A stretch of DNA of 64,000 nt from Candidatus Liptonbacteria bacterium (GTDB lineage: Bacteria; Patescibacteriota; Minisyncoccia; UBA6257; 2-01-FULL-56-20). The notes below the pieces were generated by a model, which did not search any database, was not told the DNA's origin, and worked only from the letters and a program-made list of their open reading frames with translations. The translations under genes were made by a program, and so were the position numbers. The stretch is from the NCBI GenBank assembly GCA_023244935.1, contig JAHFLJ010000001.1, positions 13,327-77,326 on the forward strand. Reading direction: 5' to 3'. Positions within the stretch are counted from its first letter, which is position 1; each line of letters starts with the position of its first letter. Positions 8,082-17,202 of this stretch are shown one piece after another.

Positions 8082-9653
8082 CTACCGAGCACAGCGGAAC
8101 CCGATGCTGCCGCCCGTATCCGTCGGACCAGTGCTCAAGATCAACGTCTCTACCCCAGCGTACGTGTCATAATACCAATCCCCACCGCGAACGAAGGCGT
8201 AAGGAGTTGACCCTCCGGCGGAGTATGAGGAATTTATCCTGCCAATTCCCTGAGTTGCGGTCCAGGCTGAATTTGAAGGTCCAGCGAGAGTTGGAGATAA
8301 GGTTCCCCAATTTGTTATGTTCGGAAACTCTCGCCATCCTGTCGGCTGTGGTTGATTTCCGTTGGTGATTGTGTCGTTAGTCCATTCCCAAACGTTCCCT
8401 GCCAAGTCCCAAATAATTTGACCATTCGAAAGAGTGTGGGCACGTCGGTGAGTGAAGTCGGCTGTGACAAGGTAGGTTGAATTGGTGTCGTCTGCAGATG
8501 CAATTTGCGCCGCAGAACCATTTGAATTTCCTCTGCCCAAGTATCCACTTCCGACTGAACTTCCGCTCCAATTACTTGATACACTCTGTGCATTCCAAGC
8601 AATTGTTTGCCATTCGTTGTTGGTGATGAGATGTGCTCCGATAGATTGGCAGTAAGAATGTGAAGTTGTTTGATCGATATTTGCGATTGGGTATCCGGCA
8701 GGAGTGGAAGTTAAATACCTTCCGGATGTATTACAAGGATATCCAGAATTATTATACGTTTGATATCCGGTATCGTAAGGTGCCGATCCAAGCGGACCCG
8801 TAGTATCCGCGCACTTGGCTTCGTATTTCATCACCCAAAAATCAGATGTTCCGAAGGTGGAGTTGCCAGGGACTCTAATCCAACCATTTGGAAAGATTCC
8901 TGCTCCAAGATTCATATTATTTCCCATTTCAAAAGAAGCGGGCGCTGTGCCTCCGTCGGTATTTCCTTGCACAATGTATTTTTGGGATTCCAGGGATACG
9001 GCGGTTAGCTTCCAGCTTCCTCCAGACATATAGGTGTAATAATTCAGACTTGTAGTGGTATTGATTGGATCGATGGGAAGTTGTGAAATTGGAGAATTGG
9101 ATGATATCTTTTGGAAGTTAACCGGAATCCAGCCGGTGCCGTCGGTTTTACGGAGATTGGCAGTGGTGACACAATTGTATTGCCAGCCGGTTGGGAGAGT
9201 TGGCAGACCTAAGTTGGCGCACGTTGAAGATATGTCCGGAATGGATACATAAACCACCGTGGGTGTTCCCATAGATCCTGTGGAGACATCTGCAGAAAAC
9301 AGATTAAGCGCGGTGTTGATTGTCGAGAGATCCGAGAATCGATTGGAATCTCTGGCTTGTTTGAGTAATTCCCCTGGGTTAAGAGCCATAATAACAACCA
9401 CACTTAAAATCGCGACTAGGGCGAGGACTACCAGGAGTTCGATAAGGGTAAAGCTTCCCCGTTTGTTTACCCTGAGAGTAGTCGAAGCCTTGCCTGCCGG
9501 CAGGCAGGGGTCAGTCTGAGCCTGCGAAGAATCTAAATTAGATCCTTCCCTGCGTTCAGGATGACAGAAAAGAGAATTCAAAAACCTGGATTGTCCAAGC
9601 AAGTTGGACAATGACAGAATAGAAAAGAAACTTCCTTTGTTTTTATTCTTCAT
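8082..9653 (-). CDS. prepilin-type N-terminal domain protein fused to a C-terminal FGE-sulfatase (SUMF1/C-type-lectin-fold) domain; start uncertain
   Basis: NKRGSFTLIELLVVLALVAIL is a class III signal. The C-terminus carries HLITNNEWQ, WDLAGNVWEWT, RGGDW and GFRCAR motifs of the FGE-sulfatase family. The gene is GC-richer than its neighbours. The ORF's first ~60 codons lie in a dispersed repeat, and no ATG/GTG/TTG lies between the repeat and the KRG site. Confidence 0.6.
   Translation of the reverse strand: MKNKNKGSFFSILSLSNLLGQSRFLNSLFCHPERREGSNLDSSQAQTDPCLPAGKASTTLRVNKRGSFTLIELLVVLALVAILSVVVIMALNPGELLKQARDSNRFSDLSTINTALNLFSADVSTGSMGTPTVVYVSIPDISSTCANLGLPTLPTGWQYNCVTTANLRKTDGTGWIPVNFQKISSNSPISQLPIDPINTTTSLNYYTYMSGGSWKLTAVSLESQKYIVQGNTDGGTAPASFEMGNNMNLGAGIFPNGWIRVPGNSTFGTSDFWVMKYEAKCADTTGPLGSAPYDTGYQTYNNSGYPCNTSGRYLTSTPAGYPIANIDQTTSHSYCQSIGAHLITNNEWQTIAWNAQSVSSNWSGSSVGSGYLGRGNSNGSAAQIASADDTNSTYLVTADFTHRRAHTLSNGQIIWDLAGNVWEWTNDTITNGNQPQPTGWREFPNITNWGTLSPTLAGPSNSAWTATQGIGRINSSYSAGGSTPYAFVRGGDWYYDTYAGVETLILSTGPTDTGGSIGFRCAR
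9510..9616. repeat. 107-bp dispersed repeat unit, copy A (copy B at 50990-51096, ~95% identical)
   Basis: gtcagtctgagcctgcgaagaatctaaattagatccttccctgcgttcaggatgac... plus the ttgtccaagcaagttggacaa hairpin. It is internally palindromic and flanked by CCTGCC...GGCAGG palindromes. Confidence 0.7.
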
Positions 9654-9881
9654 TCGTATAATTCCTGCCTGCCGGCAGGCAGGCGTATTGATTCGTAATT
9701 TCGTAATTATTCTAAATTCTATTTTCTGAGTTCTATATTCTATGTTCTAACTATACCACATTTTGCCTCTGGGGGGGGCAACAACAGCTGGGGATAGTTA
9801 AAGGACTCATAGCTTATCAACTTATAACAAATAACTAAAAAGAATTTGAGGCCGGAATTATTAGTGATTGGCGATAAGTCA

Positions 9882-11615
9882 TTAGCCATTCTTCAGCATC
9901 CCCAACATCCCTTCGACGTCTCTAGTATTTATTATATCACTTTTTTTCGCCCAACCGCGACGCGCCTGCGTAATCCCAAATTTCAAAAAATCAAAATGTT
10001 CCGAGGAATGCGCGTCGGAATCAATCGAAAGTTTCACGCCGGAATTTACGCATCTGCGAATATAATCGTCCTTCAAATCCAGCCTATCCGGGTATGCATC
10101 AATTTCTAATATCGTTCCGGTCTCTTTAGCTTTGCGGATAAGCGCCTCGGCGTCTACGGCATATGCCTCTCGCCTTTTAATAACTCTACCGGTTGGATGG
10201 AAAATTATATCTACGTTCTTATTCTCCATCGCTCTACAAATCCTTGCAGTCTGCTCTTTGCCGGATAAATTGAAATTTGAATGTACCGCTCCCCCCACCA
10301 CCTCCAACCTGGAAAGTGTTTTATCCGACAAATCCATGCTTCCGTCTTTTAAAATATCGCACTCACTTCCCTTCAAAATTCTTATCTTGCCGGCGAACTT
10401 TTTATTTAATTTATCAATCTCTGCCATCTGTTTTAAAATTTTTTTATCGTCTAAACCTCCGGTCATCGCCAATCGTTTTGTGTGATCGGTAATCGCGATA
10501 TATTTTAGTCCGCGAGAGATAGCCACCTTCGCCATCTGTTCTATGGAGTGCGCGCCGTCAGTCCAATCGGTTTGCACCTGCAAATCGCCCTGTAAATCCT
10601 TGTAGCCGATAAGTTTCGGCAATTTACCGATCATCGCCGACTCAATTTCACCGGTATTTTCTCTAATCTCCGGCTCGACATACTGAAGTCCAAGCGCGGA
10701 ATAAATCTCCTCCTCAGTTTTTCCGGCAATCTGCTTAAGTCCTCGATAAAGCCCATATTCATTAAGTTTATAGCCTTTTTTTATCGCAAGTTTTCTTAAG
10801 CCGATATTGTGCATCTTAGAGCCGGTAAAATAATTCAATGCCGACCCATAAGAATTTCTTGGCACCACGCGCAAATCAACATCCAATCCGTTTTTCAATT
10901 TTATTGATGACTTAGTTTCTCCATTGGCAACAACCTTGGCAACCGCCTGCATAGAAACAAACTCTTTCATAATTTTTTTGGAATCCTTCACGATTGCCAA
11001 AATATCCAGGTCTCCCACAGTTTCTTTTCCTCTGCGCGTTGACCCGGCAATAACAACGGTTTCAACTCCGGCAACCTCCAGAAGTTTTTCCTTAATTTTT
11101 TCGGCAAATGGCAACGCCTCACCCAAGGTAAATCGCCCACCGGATTTCTTAAGGAACTCGATGCTTTTCAAAATATTTTGTTCTGCCTTCGTTCCGAATC
11201 CTTCAAGCTTAGAAACTTTATGAGCGTTCACTGCTTTCTCGAGAGTAGCCAAGTCTTTTATTTTTAAAGCAAGATATAATTTTTTTATAGACTTAGGTCC
11301 GAGCCCTTCGATGGCGCTAAGCTCTTTTAAATTAACCGGCACGGCTTTTTGAAGCTCCGCGTAATGCGAAGACTTCCCCGTCAGAAGAAATTCTTCGATA
11401 GTTTGCGCAATTGATTTTCCAACCCCGGGAATATTCTCAATTCCTTTAATTCCGTTAGCTTTATAGATACTCACAACCGAATCGGAAAGCTCGGAAACCG
11501 AATCCCCCGCTTTTTCGTATGCTCTCGGCTTAAAAGGTTCTTCTTGCATCGCCAAAAATTCTCCTATTTCGTAAAGTAGTTCCGATACTTCTTCGTTTGT
11601 TTTCTCTTTAATCAC
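9882..11615 (-). CDS. polX: DNA polymerase X family protein with C-terminal PHP domain
   Basis: 577 aa with helix-hairpin-helix motifs (GIENIPGVGKSIA), a Pol-beta-like nucleotidyltransferase (GSTRRGKETVGDLDIL) and a PHP domain (H-rich C-terminal half). Confidence 0.85.
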   Translation of the reverse strand: MIKEKTNEEVSELLYEIGEFLAMQEEPFKPRAYEKAGDSVSELSDSVVSIYKANGIKGIENIPGVGKSIAQTIEEFLLTGKSSHYAELQKAVPVNLKELSAIEGLGPKSIKKLYLALKIKDLATLEKAVNAHKVSKLEGFGTKAEQNILKSIEFLKKSGGRFTLGEALPFAEKIKEKLLEVAGVETVVIAGSTRRGKETVGDLDILAIVKDSKKIMKEFVSMQAVAKVVANGETKSSIKLKNGLDVDLRVVPRNSYGSALNYFTGSKMHNIGLRKLAIKKGYKLNEYGLYRGLKQIAGKTEEEIYSALGLQYVEPEIRENTGEIESAMIGKLPKLIGYKDLQGDLQVQTDWTDGAHSIEQMAKVAISRGLKYIAITDHTKRLAMTGGLDDKKILKQMAEIDKLNKKFAGKIRILKGSECDILKDGSMDLSDKTLSRLEVVGGAVHSNFNLSGKEQTARICRAMENKNVDIIFHPTGRVIKRREAYAVDAEALIRKAKETGTILEIDAYPDRLDLKDDYIRRCVNSGVKLSIDSDAHSSEHFDFLKFGITQARRGWAKKSDIINTRDVEGMLGMLKNG

Positions 11616-14109
11616 CGCTTTTAAAAACTATTTTTTCGGATTCAATAACCACTCGGACATTACTGCCCTGATATATCTCTTTTCGCAAAATTTTCTGAGC
11701 CAGCTCGGCTCTAAATTTCTCTTCAATTGTCCTTCGGATTGGTCTCGCCCCAAAAGCTCGGTCATATCCGGCTTTAACAATATAAAGAGCCACTGAATCA
11801 TCAAACGATAATTCAATTCCCTGCTCCCCCAATGTCTCTGCCAGCTCGGCAAGTTGTAATTTTGCCACCACCGCCAACTCTTCAATTGAAAGCTCACGAA
11901 AAACCACAACCTTCGAAAAACGATTTATCAATTCCGGCTTAAAAACATCCGTAAGTTTTTTCTTCAAGTATTCGGAAATCTCGGTCATCGACTGTCCTGA
12001 ACCAAGTGCCGTATTAATTATGTCCGAATGAGCATTGGAAGTGGCGATAATAATCGTATTTTGAAAATCAACAACCCTACCCATTCCATCCGTTAGTCTC
12101 CCATCATCCATAACCTGCAAAAACAAATTCAAAATATCCGGATAAGCCTTCTCGAACTCATCCAGCAAAACCAAGCTATAAGGCTTTTCCAAAATCGCAT
12201 CCGTAAGCGCTCCGCGCACTCCTCCGTCAGCTGACCCGATAAATCTCTGGAAACTTTGCTTGTCCTGATATTCGGTCATATCAAATCTAACCATCATATC
12301 TTTGGATCCAAACTGCATTTTAGTAACAATTTTAGCCAGCTCGGTTTTTCCCACGCCGGTCGGCCCAACGAACAAAAAACTTGCGATAGGACCTCCCTTC
12401 CTTGCCAATCCGCTACGATATGCCCGCAACGAATCTCCCACCGCTTTGACGGCTTCTTCCTGATTTATAAATTTCTCATGAACTATTTTTTCAAAATTTA
12501 AAAGTTTTCCGGTTTCATCTTCGTCCGCTTCCTTAACCGGGATGTTAATTCTGGATTCCACCACATCCATAATTTCTTCCGCGGTTAATCTTTTTTTACC
12601 GCCGTCTTTCGCTCTGCCCGCCGCAAGTTTTAAAAGCTCATCCGCACTTGTCGGCAAAAACTTCCCTTTGCTAAAATATTTTTTAGCCAACTTTACGGCA
12701 GTTTTTATTGCGCCAAAACTAACCTCTATTTTCATCTGCTTCTCCAGTAGAATACTTGAAAGAGTCAATACTCGTTCAGCCTCTTCCACGCTGATTTCCT
12801 CAACATTAATACTCTCGAACAACCCGGCAAAGTCACTGTGCGCTTCAATGTCACGCTTCATCTCCCGCGGGTAAGTTGAGCCGATAACCGGAAATCTCCC
12901 GCTCTGAATAATCGGCAGCAACGCGTCCGCAGCCGACATATATGCCGATCCGGAAGTCTTAAGTAAATTGTGAATATCCGGTAAATAAAGAATTATATTT
13001 TCGGCGGAATATATTTCCTCAACAATTTTCTGAATGCGAGACTGAACTTCTTGCGGTTCCGCTCCGGCGATAAGCCTGGACAAATCCACGCCAACCAACC
13101 GCTTGTCAAAAAGTGCCGCCGGAACCTTATCTTTTATGATAGAAAAGGCGATGTGCTTTACTACCGACTCCTTCCCCACGCCGGACTCCCCAATTAAAAG
13201 GGCGTTCGGGCTAACTGATTTTGAAATGGCGTCTATTGTTCTCGCATACTCCTTTTCATGTCCAATTAACAATCCTATCGCTCCTTCTCTCGCCAAATCG
13301 GTATAGTCAATCCCAAAACTATCCAAAAGCGGTGTAGGCCTCGCTGTCCAGGCGCGATTCATAACCCGATGGCGAATTCGTTTATGACCTTCAGGAATCA
13401 TCCCGGACAAAGATAAGGCTCGCGCCCTACGCGACGCCTGAGAAAAAACCATCGCTTGCTCCAAATCTTGTGCAGTGAGTGAAAAAGTTCTAAAAAGTCT
13501 TCCCAACTCCGCATCCGGCGTGAGCGCCAAAGATGAAAAAATGTCGCAAACCAAAATTGATTTATGACCGGAAGAAAAAGCGGTTCTCAAAGCATCGGAT
13601 AACAAAGTCTCCAGCATTCTATATTTTTCTTCCCTGGTTGCCGGAATACTTGATTCCTTCAGCAGAGAAGATAATTTTTGAGAAAATTCATCCGGATCCA
13701 CATCTAGCCTGCGGAGCCCTTCTTCAACCATCTCCGCCTCAAATAAAGATTCTGCCAACTCCAGGTGCAAAGATGTCTGTTTAATAATGCTCCTTTCAAA
13801 AGCCTTCTCGATTAATCGAAAATTTTTCCCGGTTAAATAATCCGCGGAATTGATTTCCTCTTTTTTAGAGGCGTCCATCAGATGCTCGTTCCCCTCTTCT
13901 TTATTTATTAAACGATCAATAATCCCCAAAAATAACAAAACTCCCAAATATCTCAAATTGGAATCTTCGGAAATAACCAGCGCGATGGAAGCAAAAACAA
14001 AAACGATATCCCCAACTATAGCGAACAATCGTACCAAAAATCTTCCCCCATAAGTCATTCTAAGTCTCGGCTCATCCAAATATATTTTAATTGCTTGTCG
14101 TTCTTCCAT
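11608..14109 (-). CDS. Clp/Hsp100 AAA+ unfoldase (ClpC/ClpB-like, two ATPase domains) with predicted N-terminal transmembrane anchor
   Basis: Walker A GESGVGKES (D1) and GPTGVGKT (D2), with sensor motifs. Residues ~20-65 form two hydrophobic helices (FLVRLFAIVGDIVFVFASIALVI...YLGVLLFLGII), unusual for Clp ATPases. Confidence 0.8.
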   Translation of the reverse strand: MEERQAIKIYLDEPRLRMTYGGRFLVRLFAIVGDIVFVFASIALVISEDSNLRYLGVLLFLGIIDRLINKEEGNEHLMDASKKEEINSADYLTGKNFRLIEKAFERSIIKQTSLHLELAESLFEAEMVEEGLRRLDVDPDEFSQKLSSLLKESSIPATREEKYRMLETLLSDALRTAFSSGHKSILVCDIFSSLALTPDAELGRLFRTFSLTAQDLEQAMVFSQASRRARALSLSGMIPEGHKRIRHRVMNRAWTARPTPLLDSFGIDYTDLAREGAIGLLIGHEKEYARTIDAISKSVSPNALLIGESGVGKESVVKHIAFSIIKDKVPAALFDKRLVGVDLSRLIAGAEPQEVQSRIQKIVEEIYSAENIILYLPDIHNLLKTSGSAYMSAADALLPIIQSGRFPVIGSTYPREMKRDIEAHSDFAGLFESINVEEISVEEAERVLTLSSILLEKQMKIEVSFGAIKTAVKLAKKYFSKGKFLPTSADELLKLAAGRAKDGGKKRLTAEEIMDVVESRINIPVKEADEDETGKLLNFEKIVHEKFINQEEAVKAVGDSLRAYRSGLARKGGPIASFLFVGPTGVGKTELAKIVTKMQFGSKDMMVRFDMTEYQDKQSFQRFIGSADGGVRGALTDAILEKPYSLVLLDEFEKAYPDILNLFLQVMDDGRLTDGMGRVVDFQNTIIIATSNAHSDIINTALGSGQSMTEISEYLKKKLTDVFKPELINRFSKVVVFRELSIEELAVVAKLQLAELAETLGEQGIELSFDDSVALYIVKAGYDRAFGARPIRRTIEEKFRAELAQKILRKEIYQGSNVRVVIESEKIVFKSGD

Positions 14110-14111
14110 TT

Positions 14112-14471
14112 TTATTTAAGATTTTTACTTCCTCCAAAAGAAAAAGTTATTAAAATAATCGGCAAAAGTAGCCATGCCAAAACGATTAGCATAAAAATAG
14201 ATCCTAAAAATAGATAAATAACTCCTCCGATCAACAATCTAACTGACCTGAAAATTACACCCAGAACCCGCCCGACGATAGAATAATCCCGATACAAGGG
14301 AACGAAAAAATTTCTAAAAGTTATACCGAATGCGATCGACCTATCGGCCACTTCCATAAAATTAATAAACTTATAAAAAAGAAAGCGTGTCCCGTCTATA
14401 TAATAGTGGTGCAAAAATTTGCTTATCCTGAAAAGTCCTCGTTTTAATATGTATGCCGGCGCAAAATCCAT
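14112..14471 (-). CDS. small membrane protein, hypothetical; first gene of the clp operon
   Basis: 119 aa with a C-terminal TM segment. An extended -10 (TGGTAATAT on the minus strand) lies at ~14495-14507. It ends 2 nt before the clpC-like start. Confidence 0.4.
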   Translation of the reverse strand: MDFAPAYILKRGLFRISKFLHHYYIDGTRFLFYKFINFMEVADRSIAFGITFRNFFVPLYRDYSIVGRVLGVIFRSVRLLIGGVIYLFLGSIFMLIVLAWLLLPIILITFSFGGSKNLK

Positions 14472-14615
14472 TTTTATTTATATATTGATCTCGATATATA
14501 AATATTACCACAAAGATGAGCGTTAGTAATCAGCACTAGCCGATAGCCCCACCACCGAGCGAATTAATTTATTATGGTATTGAAGTCTCCTCGCCCCCCC
14601 CCAAATCCTTTAATT

Positions 14616-14740
14616 TTGAGGGATTTCGCGCAGGCTATTTTAGCTTGGTTTTCCGTCGAAGGCGAAAATAAAATAGCCGAGGGACAGTTATAAATTTCCG
14701 CGGAAGAAATTCAACAACAACCCCTCAAAATTACAAAAGA
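14616..14740. mobile_element. MITE-like element with TTTTGAGGG / CCCTCAAAA inverted termini and internal hairpin (family also at 27484-27664 and 55053-55280)
   Basis: cctttaattttgaggg ... cccctcaaaattacaaaag inverted repeats enclose gctattttagcttggttttccg...cgaaaataaaatagc. Confidence 0.45.
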
Positions 14741-14749
14741 TGAGCCAAA

Positions 14750-14777
14750 TTGACACCGAGTAATAAATTCGTATAGC
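14750..14777 (+). promoter_or_regulatory. sigma70-like promoter for the 14811 gene
   Basis: TTGACA(14750-14755)-16 nt-TATAGC. SD AGGAGGG lies 7 nt before the ATG. Confidence 0.5.
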
Positions 14778-14810
14778 ATTTGCTTAGCAATCAAAAAAAG
14801 GAGGGCCACA

Positions 14811-15185
14811 ATGGTCCGCTCAGTGATAACCGAACGATTCTACTGCGATACCTGTAATTGCGAATACGAGAACGAAGAAGAAGCCACTGCTTGTGAGGCT
14901 ATGAGCCTTGAATTCCGCCCGCCCTATGCGGAAGTCGGTCAAGAAATCGTAAGTGATTTTTTCTGTGGATACTGCCGAATCGGCTACACCGTCGGCGTGA
15001 TTACAGAAATAGAAGGGCCGGTTCCGGCTGACGAAGATATTGAACATCGCCTTATTCAAATCCAGGGAAGAGTCGGGGTTCTCCATGTTTATTATCTCCA
15101 CGTCAAAGCTCCTTGCCCTCTTTGTAAAAGAGAGCTTCCCTGGATTAAAGCCATCCCCCAAATCAGACCAAACAAAAGATTCTAA
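14811..15185 (+). CDS. cysteine-rich (4x CxxC, zinc-ribbon-like) hypothetical protein; compositionally GC-rich
   Basis: 124 aa containing CDTCNC...CEAM, FCGYC and CPLC. It has a strong SD and its own promoter and terminator. GC is clearly above its neighbours. Confidence 0.5.
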   Translation: MVRSVITERFYCDTCNCEYENEEEATACEAMSLEFRPPYAEVGQEIVSDFFCGYCRIGYTVGVITEIEGPVPADEDIEHRLIQIQGRVGVLHVYYLHVKAPCPLCKRELPWIKAIPQIRPNKRF

Positions 15186-15187
15186 TC

Positions 15188-15214
15188 GAGCACATGCCAT
15201 GTGCTCTTTTTTTT
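15188..15214 (+). terminator. intrinsic terminator
   Basis: gagcacatg-c-catgtgctc followed by nine T. Confidence 0.75.
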
Positions 15215-15441
15215 ATCAAGCACATGATATGTGTTCGGCAACCCTGCGCTACGCCCTGCGAAACTTTAGTGAAGCAGGGTAGCCACGCGCCATGTCCTGC
15301 AAATCCGCCAGTCGGCGGCTGGCGGAGAAGTCGGATAACCCCGCCTTGTCATCCCGGGCCACGACCCGGGATCCAGTATTCGTTTTCCGTAATTCCACAT
15401 TCGGCATCCTGCCTTCCACGCTATGCGCTACATATTACAAG

Positions 15442-16026
15442 CTACAGGTTTTTCATTTTCTCCACCTTCTTAATTATTGCCGGAATCCGTTTAAAACTCT
15501 TCTTTAAAGCACTGCCCATTCTTTCCGGAGATCGAAGAGCTGCCGCCGGATGAAATAGCGGATAGATATATCTGCCATCAATACAAAAAAGTTTCCCGTG
15601 ATCTCTACTAATTTTCGCCTCCGGTAAAAAATAATTTAGAGAGAATCTTCCCAAAGTAACGATAAGTTTTGGATCTATAATTTCAATTTGTTTTGATAGG
15701 TATGATTTATAAGCGGATATTTCTCGCAAAGATGGATCTCTATTCTCCGGAGGCCGCCGTTTCACAATGTTGGTTATATAAACATCTCCTCTCTCCCATC
15801 CCAAGCTCGCAAACAATTTATCCAATAGCTTTCCGGATCTACCTACAAATGGCCTAATTAATCTATCTTCTTCTCGCCCCGGAGCTTCCCCGATAAATAA
15901 AACTTTCGCGCCCACATTCCCCTCCCCAAAAACTAAATTAGACTTAAACGGCAACTTCGCATCCGCCATCATCTCTTCTTTAAGTTTTTCCAATTCTCTT
16001 TCTTTATTCATTACCTTATTTTTCAA
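15442..16026 (-). CDS. udg: uracil-DNA glycosylase, family 4
   Basis: GEAPGREEDRLIRPFVGRSGKLL and the HPAAALR motif are typical of family-4 UDG. Confidence 0.8.
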   Translation of the reverse strand: MKNKVMNKERELEKLKEEMMADAKLPFKSNLVFGEGNVGAKVLFIGEAPGREEDRLIRPFVGRSGKLLDKLFASLGWERGDVYITNIVKRRPPENRDPSLREISAYKSYLSKQIEIIDPKLIVTLGRFSLNYFLPEAKISRDHGKLFCIDGRYIYPLFHPAAALRSPERMGSALKKSFKRIPAIIKKVEKMKNL

Positions 16027-16138
16027 TCATTTTTCTCATATCATGTATGATATGAGAAAAATATTAGTTACAAATCTCTATATTTATTTTTTAAAAGTTA
16101 TTGGTTATAAGTCACAAGTCATAAGTCGCGCTCCGCGC

Positions 16139-17089
16139 TCACGGTTCTAAAATTCCCTCAGTCTTTCCCTCCACTGAAATTTTTACGCTCTTTACGGCCG
16201 GAAACTGCAAAAGAGTTTTTTCGATTTGAGTTCTAATTGCTAAAACGTTGCAAGATCCGGCGGTAGCCGAAAGTTCCTTGGAAAAATCAGCGGAAGCAAC
16301 CCCGTCTTCAATTTTCAAACTATTCAGCCATACCCCGCGAGGGATAGAAGACATGTAATCGGCATCCAACTCTTCTCCTCTCGGCCCCTCGAGCAAAAGA
16401 CGCAAGCTGGCCTCTCCTAAATTCTTAGTATCAAAAACCATTCTCTCGACCGGCACCACTTCCGCGCAGTCGCCATTCTTTTTAATCGAATCGTTCAAAA
16501 AATATACCTTGAAAGTTATTCCTGTAGGCATAACCGATGTTTTCTCGCCGGTAGTCAAAACAAACGACTCCAATAATCCCAACAACTCCCTACTAAAATT
16601 TTTTGACTCGGCATATACAAACCCGATTTCTGTTTTAAAAATCGCCACTTTATCTCCGGCTGACCCTTCGTAAGCTCCATCCGGAAATCTTCCGAACATT
16701 TTTACGCTCAAATTAACAACGTCATACATATCCGACCCCGATTCCCCCAGCGAAACATTCTCAAAAAATTCCTCGGCTCCCGAAAATCCCGCCGCGCCAT
16801 TATAAAAAATGCCTACTTTAGAAATATCTCCGCTTCGTAAATCTTTTATTTTAATTTCTGACTTACTCGGCAGATTTGCCACTCTAAAAACGGACGAGTC
16901 ATATGCAAATGAATAATTAAGAGATGTGAAATCTCCCTCATATCCTACGACATAAGAATCGGTAAATTCTATATTTTTGCCGGAAATTTCCCGCGCGCCG
17001 TTCGAAGCTATAAACGAAAGACCAAAAACAACCAATAGTGCCGCCACGGCAACAACCACTAATATTTGTGACCGCTTTTTTTCTTCCAT
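16139..17089 (-). CDS. GerMN-domain membrane-anchored protein
   Basis: An N-terminal TM is followed by a C-terminal GerMN-like segment (GSCNVLAIRTQIEKTLLQFPAVKSVKISVEG). Confidence 0.5.
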   Translation of the reverse strand: MEEKKRSQILVVVAVAALLVVFGLSFIASNGAREISGKNIEFTDSYVVGYEGDFTSLNYSFAYDSSVFRVANLPSKSEIKIKDLRSGDISKVGIFYNGAAGFSGAEEFFENVSLGESGSDMYDVVNLSVKMFGRFPDGAYEGSAGDKVAIFKTEIGFVYAESKNFSRELLGLLESFVLTTGEKTSVMPTGITFKVYFLNDSIKKNGDCAEVVPVERMVFDTKNLGEASLRLLLEGPRGEELDADYMSSIPRGVWLNSLKIEDGVASADFSKELSATAGSCNVLAIRTQIEKTLLQFPAVKSVKISVEGKTEGILEP

Positions 17090-17202
17090 AGATAAATTCT
17101 ATTCTACTCTACAAAATATCACAAAATAATGTATGTTCTCCACGCTTCGCGATTATATTTTTACTACTTGTATGACTATTATCTATTAGCTGACTGCTAC
17201 CT

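Noticed and set aside
8082-9470. Diversity-generating retroelement target: the FGE/C-type-lectin fold is the usual DGR variable-protein scaffold.
   Set aside because: No reverse transcriptase gene and no template-repeat copy of the gene's 3' end were found anywhere in the window.
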